Below, piece by piece: positions 55,434-64,000 of a stretch of 64,000 nt of DNA. A program made the translations under genes and the position numbers. Position 1 is the stretch's first letter. Every line of letters begins with the position of its first letter. A model generated the notes under the pieces. The model worked only from the letters and a program-made list of their open reading frames with translations. It was not told where the DNA came from and ran no database searches. This DNA is from the human T2T-CHM13v2.0 reference genome, Homo sapiens. The DNA lies in assembly GCF_009914755.1 (NCBI RefSeq), contig NC_060933.1; one strand, 5' to 3'.

Positions 55434-56056
55434 GGGGGGAATGTAAATTAGTTCAACCATTGTGGAAGACAATGTGGCGATTCCTCAAAGACCTAGAACC
55501 AGAAATACCATTTGGCCTAGCAATCCCATTACTGGGTATATACCCAAAGGAATATAAATCATTCTATTATGAAGATATATGCATGCGTATGTTCATTCCA
55601 GCACTATTCACAATAGCAAAGACATGGAATCAATGCAAATGCCCATCAGTGACAGACTGGATAAAGAAAATGTGGTACATTATACACCATGGAATACTAT
55701 ACAGCCCAAGGAATGAGATCATGTCCTTTGCAGGGACATGGATGAACCTGAAAGCAATTAGCTTCAGCAAACTAACACAGGAACAGAAAACCAACCAGCA
55801 CAAGTTCTCACTCATCGCTGAACGATGAGAGCACATGGACACAGGGAGGGGAACAACACACACTAGGGCCTGTCGTGGGGCGGGGGTCGGGGGAGGGAGA
55901 ACATCAGGATAAATAGCTAATGCATGCTGTGCTTAATATCTAGGTGACGGGTTGATAGGTGCTGCAAACCACCATGGCACACGTTTGCCTATGTAACCTG
56001 CATATCCTGCACATGTATCCTGGAACTTAAAATAAAATTACATTTAAAAAATAATA
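55434..56056 (+). mobile_element. L1PA (about PA10-like) 5'-truncated 3' end
   Basis: ORF WKTMWRFLKDLEPEIPF..WIKKMWYI is the ORF2p C-terminus; TSD-like ACAAATGT(AC/TT)AT(A/C)TTT. Confidence 0.93.
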
Positions 56057-56734
56057 ACAAATGTTTATCTTTCCCAGGGGATCTTAGGGATGCACTAGTC
56101 TAGGTAGAACCTGCCTCCTCTCCACCTCGCTGGTATCTGTAACCCCTTCTGGGGAAGGGAGATTGAAGTCAATTACCTTTCACTATGGCCCCAAACCTTA
56201 GATTCTAACAGGTGACAGTTCCAGCTTTTTCTTTTGTATCTGGTCCCAGACTTTAATGTTTTCTTTTTTCTCCCAAATTACCTCATAAATGCAGCAGCTT
56301 TTGAAGTATTAAAACTAAGGGAGGAGGGACACCCTGTTTATGACATTCTTGTGTTTCTGAATGAATTAATTATTTGCTTCTGCTATCACCCAAGGGAGCA
56401 CCTCAGAGTAGCCCTATTCTCTGAGTCAATCCTACAGGTCCTTATAATGTTAAGTAGAAACACACAAGAGTACATTACACATAGATGCCCTTTGCCAGAA
56501 TGAAATAACTGGAAAAAAATCCAGAACTACTTCTTTAGATCACTATTCTTCCTGAATCACCATATATTGGATCTTTTTTTTTTTCCCCACATATTGGATC
56601 TTAACTTGTTTTTTAAAGTGAGGGAGTTTTACCCGATCCCCCAATCCCACTTTGGAAGATTTGATAGAAAAAAAATGACTTGCATAATGGTGTGTAAAAA
56701 ATGTTTATTGTAATCAATGGCAGTCTTTTTTATA

Positions 56735-57460
56735 TTATAAATTAATTTGTATATTTTGCAATAATAGTATAAGGAACTCTGTATATCTTTTACACAGGTT
56801 CACTGGTTGCTTACATTTTCTGTTTTCTCCATTTGCTGTACATACCTGTATGTCTCTCTCTACATACACATTTCTATTTCTGTTACTATTTCTATTTCTA
56901 GCTCTAACACTAGTTATGGCTTTTATCCCCTAAGTCATTTGAGAGTAAGTTTGGAGACACTATGCCCCTTACTAAATATTCAGCGTATATTTTACTTTTT
57001 TTAAAAAAATGATATCCTCTTATATAACTACACTGTGATTATCAAGACCAGGAAATTTAACACTCACACAGTATCATTAGCTAATCCACGTTCCATATCC
57101 TCTCTTCATCCATTGCCTTATAATATCTTTTCTAACCATTTGGTTTTTCCAGCCCAAGATCTAATCCCGTATCGCATTAGTTGTCATGTTTTGTTAGTCC
57201 CCTTTAGTCTGGAACAGTTTCTCAGTCATTCTTTCTGTTTCTGACCTTGATATTTATGAAAATTAAAAGCCAGTTATTTTGTAAAATGTCCCCCACATTG
57301 AATTTGGCTGATGTTTCCTTGTGATTAGATTCAGGTTATGCATTTTTGGCAGGAAAACTGAAGAAGTAATTGCTGTCCTTCTGCGTACATCATATCAGGA
57401 GGTACATTATGTTAGTTTCTCCATTTTTAGTAATGTTAACTTTGATTAGTTAAGACATAA
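56735..57460 (-). mobile_element. Old L1MC-like 3' fragment
   Basis: GCATTAGTTGTCATGT..GTCTGGAACAGTTTCTCAG..GATTAGATTCAGGTTATGCATTTTTGGCAGGAA. Confidence 0.75.
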
Positions 57461-57880
57461 TCTTTTTCTTTTACGTTGTTAAACATGTAAGAAGGGCTCT
57501 GTTTTAATCTGATTCTCTTTTTACCGCCAGTAATATAATGATCCTTTCTATGACCTTTATGACCCAGTGGGCCTGAGTGTGAATTTATTACCCTAATTAC
57601 AGAACTGCCAAAACTGAAACAGAAAATGGTTTTTCTGAATGAGCCAGTAGAGGGTAGAATTTGGACTTGCTGAACCCAGTTCCATTAAAACCCAATCCCA
57701 GGAAAATTTGTCTCTTAAAAAAAAGAAAAAGAAAAAAGAGTTTTTGACTGAATTTATTTCTAAATTTATTTTGACCCCCTTGATTGCTAACCGTGAGGAC
57801 CCAGAATTCTTCTCAAGGAGTGTATAAAGCCCAGGATGGCTTGAGGATTTTTAGATTTTCTTTTAGGAGACATTGATTCA

Positions 57881-57990
57881 ATTTTTAAAAATTATTATCT
57901 CATAATTTTAAAATTATGAGATTTAAAATTATTTAAATTAAATAATTTAAAAATTATTATCTCATAATTTTAAAAAATTATTATTTAATC
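57881..57990. repeat. AT-rich palindrome and direct-repeat cluster
   Basis: 26-bp perfect palindrome plus a 30-bp direct repeat. Confidence 0.9.
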
Positions 57991-59212
57991 TTTAAGCCCC
58001 TAGCTCAAAGATTACAGGAGTAATATGGGGTGGTTGTGAGTCTTCATTCTCTCAGGAAACATGGCATTAGGCTTTGGGATCTGTGCATCAAATATAGAAG
58101 AATTCATTATGGTTGCAGTTCTTGAACAACAAGCACGGGAAACCTGTAACTGTCAAGCTTTAATTTGGTGATGCTGTGTATTGTTGAGTGGGTGGAAGGA
58201 AAATTTACCTGTAAGTCAGGTTAAGTATATCTGAGAAACAATTCATAGCCATTCAAAAGGTCAGCTTCATATCTTACCCCAAAGTCTTTCAGAAAAGGAA
58301 ACCCACTGCATTCATTTCATTTTTCTGAAGAAAACCTAATTTTGCACATCTGACTCTACATTTGTTTTTGCCGAGTACAGACTTATGCAAGCACATTTTC
58401 CATTCTTTTCACCACTAATGAGAAAAATTATAACCTCATAAGCTCTCCCTGTATTATAGCAATAACAAAACACTGCCAAATATAGCCTTGTCTAACTATT
58501 ATGAATATCTTTATACTTGGAGACCACAGCCGCAATAGCTAGCACTATAATTAGCTATCTAATCCATCTGGCTGGGGAAAATATACTATTATTTATGAGT
58601 GCTATTCTTGCACTGAATATCCCGTAGATGACTAATTGCTGATTTAAAAATTCGGAACCACGAATCTAGAGTATCTATAATGGTGTACAATGTTTTCTAG
58701 TTATTCATCAAGAAGTAAAGGGGCATTTATTGCATGTCTCCAACATACCTGAAGGTTAATGTTAAGGGTTTTATGCAGACCATGTTCATACATTTACAAA
58801 TTGGGCCCATGAATTTAAGTCTTAGTAATTCAGCATATTAAACTCCAGTCACATCTTCTCTCTTAAAAGGCACTATTTTACAAGTATAATATAAATGTAT
58901 TCATTGACTCATAATTATTTACATGACCTCCAAAACAAGGTGAGTCTTGTGTGTAGTGTGGGTATTTTGTTGAGGCGCTGACATGATTTTCTTTTTCTCC
59001 CTTCTCATTTATTACAGTGTTTTAGTGTGAACGTTTGATCCTTACAGAGATTTTAATCCACCTGCCTTCTTAGGCCTCCAGTAGGCAGCCTGAGATACCT
59101 GGTGGTGTCTGCTACCCAAATCCAGCTCCGATGCTCTAGCTGAAGAAGAAGAATCTCCTGCAACTCCTGAGTCATTTTGGTACTGGTGCCTGGGAAGGTG
59201 ATACCTCTCCTT

Positions 59213-59325
59213 CGTCCCTGGCCTCTACCCACTTGTCAGTACAAACCCCTAGTTGAGGCAACCAAAATATCTCCAGCCTTTGCCAAGTGCTCTTTGTGGG
59301 GCAAAACTAACTGCTCTAACTTGAA
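59213..59325 (-). mobile_element. MER20-like hAT-Charlie fragment
   Basis: TCCCTGGCCTCTACCCACT..CAACCAAAATATCTCCAG..TTGCCAA..GGGGCAAAA. Confidence 0.7.
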
Positions 59326-59383
59326 TTTATTTTATGTCTGATGTCAAGCTTTTGTTATCGTTTACTACGGACACTGAGAATAA

Positions 59384-59707
<324 letters not shown>

Positions 59708-59751
59708 TGGTCACCATTTTCTATTGAATAACATCAAGGGAGGCCATTTTT

Positions 59752-60064
<313 letters not shown>

Positions 60065-60259
60065 CATTTTTACTTTTCTAAGCAGATACAAACATTTCAT
60101 CATCCTCTAACTGGACTTCACTATTTTAAAATAATGACAATGTAACTCTGGACTGATTACTTTGATTTCTTAGTGACAAAATTTCTAGTTTCCTTTCATT
60201 TCCTCTTTTTCATTGAAAGACTATCGAAGACAGACTTCTAGCTAGCTTTAATCTTGAAG

Positions 60260-60432
60260 TCAGTGATTCTTAACCATTTTTATATCACCATTTGATATGC
60301 AATTTGATGAGAGGTAAGTAGCCCCTCCTTAGAATGATATGTATATGTACAGACATAAATTTTACATACGATTTCAGGAGATTCCAGGACATACCTCGTT
60401 AGTCCTTTCATGGAACCCAGGTTATAACTCTG
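60260..60432. mobile_element. MER103C-like hAT-Charlie MITE
   Basis: CAGTGATTCTTAACC..TTTTACATACGATTTCAGG..CATGGAACCCAGGTTA. Confidence 0.6.
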
Positions 60433-60525
60433 TTTTAAAATTAGTGCCAGTCCATTGAGTTACGGGCTTGTGAGGTTTTGAAGTAAAGCGAGCCTGAGTA
60501 CGTCTGACCAAGTCTGATTTCATGA

Positions 60526-60964
<439 letters not shown>

Positions 60965-61261
60965 GCCAATCCATTATTTTTATTTTGTGGGTTTTGTTTG
61001 TTTGGTTTTTAACCTATTGCAAGTTTGAAGATATTTTCCAACACATTATTGTTCTTTGCTTCAATTACTGATTTTGGTAGCAGTACAGTCAGAATACTCA
61101 ACAATAGTAGGTGGGATGTGTCCCACTGCTTCCCCCTGACTCCCCACCACCCAGAAACTGTTGAAGAAAACCAAGCAAGGGACTTCAAGGCTAGTGTAAC
61201 CCTGCTGTGTGCTGTCCCCTCATCTATCTCTTCAAGCCCATTCCCCCTGCAAAGCAATAAA

Positions 61262-61425
61262 AGAAGAAAGGAAGGAAGAAAAGGAAGGAAGAAAAGGAAG
61301 GAAGGAAGGGAGGGAGGAAGGGAGGGAGGGAGGGAGGGAGGGAGGGAGGGAGGAAAAGAGGGAGAAAGAGGAAAGGAGAGGAGAGGAAAGGAGAGGAGGG
61401 GAGGGGAGGGGAGAGGAGGAAGGAA
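61262..61425. repeat. Polypurine (GGAA/GGGA/GGAGA)n low-complexity repeat
   Basis: About 160 bp, almost purely A/G. Confidence 0.95.
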
Positions 61426-61894
61426 AATTACATACACGAAAGCACCGCTGAGCAATCCAAAGTATTCCTTGGAAGGGATGAAGAAAAATGAGCATACTGT
61501 CAAGCAAACAACTTCTGAATATCTCTATAGACATTCCTCCATTGTGGGTCCCTGCATCCAGTTCCCCATTCACACTGTTCCCCGTCTCCTACAGACAGCC
61601 ATTCTGTTCTGCCCTCAAACTCAGATGCCCCTCTCATTCTGATGCAGAGACAAAAAGACCTTGAGTCAATCGGCCCCTTCTTAAGAAAGCAGTTTAAGAT
61701 CTTCAGTTACTATTTCAATGCATGCTTTGGTGAGTCATCCCACCTACACCTCAATCCCAAGTGATTTATCAGAATATTTTTTCCAAACCCACAGAATATT
61801 CTTCCCCAATGGAATCCTCACAAAATTGCTGAGGCATAGTTTTTTTTTAATATCATTACACAATAAGAAGTAGCATAAGTGGTTATTTTCTACA

Positions 61895-62062
61895 TCCTTG
61901 ATACTCAAAATATGATCCCTGAATTAGCAGCATTAGCATGACCTGGAATCTTATTAGGAATGCAGAGTCTCAGACTCCACCCCGTATCTATGGAATCAGA
62001 ATCTGCAATTTAAACAGCATTCCCAGGTGATTCAAGTGCACATTCAAGTGTCCTCTACCACT
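61895..62062. mobile_element. MER5-like MITE
   Basis: AGCAGCATTAGCATGACCTGG..AATGCAGAGTCTCAG..GAATCAGAATCTGCA..CCCAGGTGATTC. Confidence 0.8.
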
Positions 62063-62303
62063 ATTCTCATACCCTTACAACCCATGCTGGAGTTGCCTTG
62101 GGGTCGTGGACATTGCATTGAGGGGGTGGGGGCCTGGAGAACATTGCCTCCTTCTTCTTTCTTCTTCCACCCCCTGCTCCAGCTCAATTTAAGGGCTAGG
62201 TCAGCAGCTCTCCCTTTAGCTAAAAGTGGCTCCTCACTCACCCTCTTCCCCTGGCCCCAATCACTATCATTCTCTGGACTGTGAAGTAGTTGCTTAAGCT
62301 CTT

Positions 62304-62614
62304 TTGTTGTTGTTGTTGTTGTTGTATTTTGTTTGAGACAGAGTTTCACTCTGTCACCCAGCTGGAGTCCAGTGGCACGATCTTGGCTCACTGCAACCTC
62401 TGCCTCCCCATTCAAGCAATAATTCTCTGCTTCAGCCTCCCAAGTAGCTGGGATTACAGGTGCCCACCAACATGCCTGGCTAATTTTTGTATTTTTAGTA
62501 GAGACAGGGTTTCACCATATTGGCCAGGCTGGTCTTGAACTCCTAACCTTGTGATCCACCTACCTTGGCCTCTCAAAGTGCTAGGATTACAGGCGTGAGC
62601 CACCGTACCCAGCC
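62304..62614 (-). mobile_element. AluS with (TTG)n tail
   Basis: Dimer; TSD TGCT(T/C)AAG(C/T)TCTT. Confidence 0.95.
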
Positions 62615-62694
62615 TGCTCAAGTTCTTAGATTCCTTTGTTTTCTGCTCTGCTTTCATATATTTTATGCTAGGGGTGAGATAGACCATAACATTT

Positions 62695-62915
62695 TACGAT
62701 AACAACCACTTCCTAGTGTTCTATACCATTGCAGGATGATTATAGTTAACACTAATATGTATTTTCAAATAGCTAGAAGGAGGATATTGACTGCTGCCAA
62801 CACAAAGAAATGATAAATGTTTGGGATGATGGATACGCTAACTACCCTGATCTGATCACTCTACATTATATGTATCAAAATGTGACTATGTACCCCATGT
62901 ATATATTATTTATCA
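62695..62915 (+). mobile_element. L1MA-like 3' end
   Basis: TATTTTCAAATAGCTAGAAG..CAACACAAAGAAATGATAAATGTTTG..TACCCTGATCTGATC. Confidence 0.8.
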
Positions 62916-62949
62916 ACATGGGGTAAATAGTGATTTATTTTTTAAAAAA

Positions 62950-63185
62950 ACTGCCTCTTCTGAGTATTCTAATATGTGCCAAGCACTGCGCTTAGCTCTT
63001 TTATATGAATCATTAAACTGATTCTCTTACAACAGCACTGAAAGTAGATAGTTTCATCCCCATTTACAGATGAGGAAACTAAGGCTTATGAATATGAAAT
63101 AATTTTCCCAAGGTCTCATAGCTGGCCAGGAGGCAGAGGCAAGATCAAGTCCTGGTCTGCCATTTCCCCTGTACCATGCTGCATT
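62950..63185 (-). mobile_element. MIR SINE
   Basis: CCCCATTTACAGATGAGGAAACTAAGGCT..CCCAAGGTCTCATAGCT. Confidence 0.85.
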
Positions 63186-63339
63186 TCTTTTACAACCATA
63201 ATGCCACGTTTAATCTTGTAATTTGTTATTCGGTGCTCAGGATCAAGATAATTTATATCTAAATCTATATATCAAAGAGTTATTTTTTTTCCTCAAGACT
63301 TTGTCCCTTTCCTCAAGCAGCCCACATCTGGAAGCTGTA

Positions 63340-64000
63340 AGTAACAAGTAAAGTAGACTACAATGTGATACATGCTACAGTGGTTCAATGTGTGGGATGC
63401 TATGAGCAGCTACAGAAGAGGCATCTAACCCAGCCTTGGGCATGAGGTTAAGTTTACTTTGAGGCATGATGCTGTAGCTGAGACCTGAAGGAAAAGATGG
63501 AGGGAAAAATATTTAAGCAGAGAAAATAGTGTGAGGGCCAGAGGTGAGATACTACGTGGTCTTTTCAATACAGCATGGTTGGAGCAGAAATAGGAGGTGG
63601 GAGTGGGAGTGGGATGGAGAGTGAGGAGATTGGGCAATGGGATGAGACAAGGCCACAGGGCAAGCAGGATTCAGATCATGAAGAACCTTGGAAGCCATGT
63701 AACGAGTTTGCTCCTAATCCCAAGGACCAGGAGTATCATTGGTGTTTTCAACACAGGAGGTACATGTGTATTTGAGAAAGATGGCTCTTCCCCTATCGCT
63801 TCTCGGCCTTTTGGCTAAAATCAAGTGGAGAAAGATCACTCTTCTGTGTGATGATGGATTGAAGGGAGGGCATGTAAAGAAAGATGGAGAAGAGTTAGGA
63901 GGCAGTTGAAATAATACGGACAAGAAATGATGGTGACCTGAACTGGGATAAAAGCAGGCAGGCTAGAGAAGCAAAGGGTAGAGCTCTTTATGAAGTTGTA
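63340..64000 (-). mobile_element. L2 LINE fragment
   Basis: GCTGAGACCTGAAGGA..GAAAGATCACTCT..GATGGATTG..GATGGTGACCTGAACT. Confidence 0.7.
63795..63827 (+). pseudogene. 3'-truncated U2 snRNA pseudogene (nt 1-33)
   Basis: ATCGCTTCTCGGCCTTTTGGCTAAAATCAAGTG is 32/33 identical to the U2 5' end; 17-bp TSD. Confidence 0.92.

Noticed and set aside
55460-55828. 122-aa ORF
   Set aside because: L1 ORF2p C-terminal remnant of a truncated element, not a host gene
61009-61642. 164-205 aa ORFs; GGAA-microsatellite enhancer
   Set aside because: The ORFs span a polypurine repeat, and consecutive GGAA runs are too short (about 3)

Overview
Primate (human-like) nuclear DNA with the make-up of a large intron or intergenic interval. 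It holds about 20 Alu-family elements, MIR, L2 and L1 relics, several ERVL/MaLR solo LTRs, a truncated MER61-type ERV1 provirus with env remnants, hAT MITEs, microsatellites and a ~650-bp (GGGGA)n polypurine tract. I could not support any intact protein-coding gene: every long ORF in the track comes from simple repeats, Alu, L1 or ERV sequence. Two snRNA pseudogenes are clear: U6 on the minus strand, fused to an ERV LTR, and a 33-nt tailless U2 flanked by TSDs. I found no convincing new biological system. The most notable signals are: (1) several non-canonical retrotransposition scars (tailless U2, tailless AluY, poly(A)-only insertion, twin-primed L1, TSD-less Alu at an ERV breakpoint); (2) a candidate 51-nt minus-strand exon whose acceptor is buried in a hairpin; (3) a candidate 78-nt intron; (4) three co-oriented CTCF-like motifs; (5) an AT-rich palindromic template-switch scar. 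Repeat subfamily names come from recalled consensus sequences, and old-repeat boundaries are approximate (about +/-30 bp).
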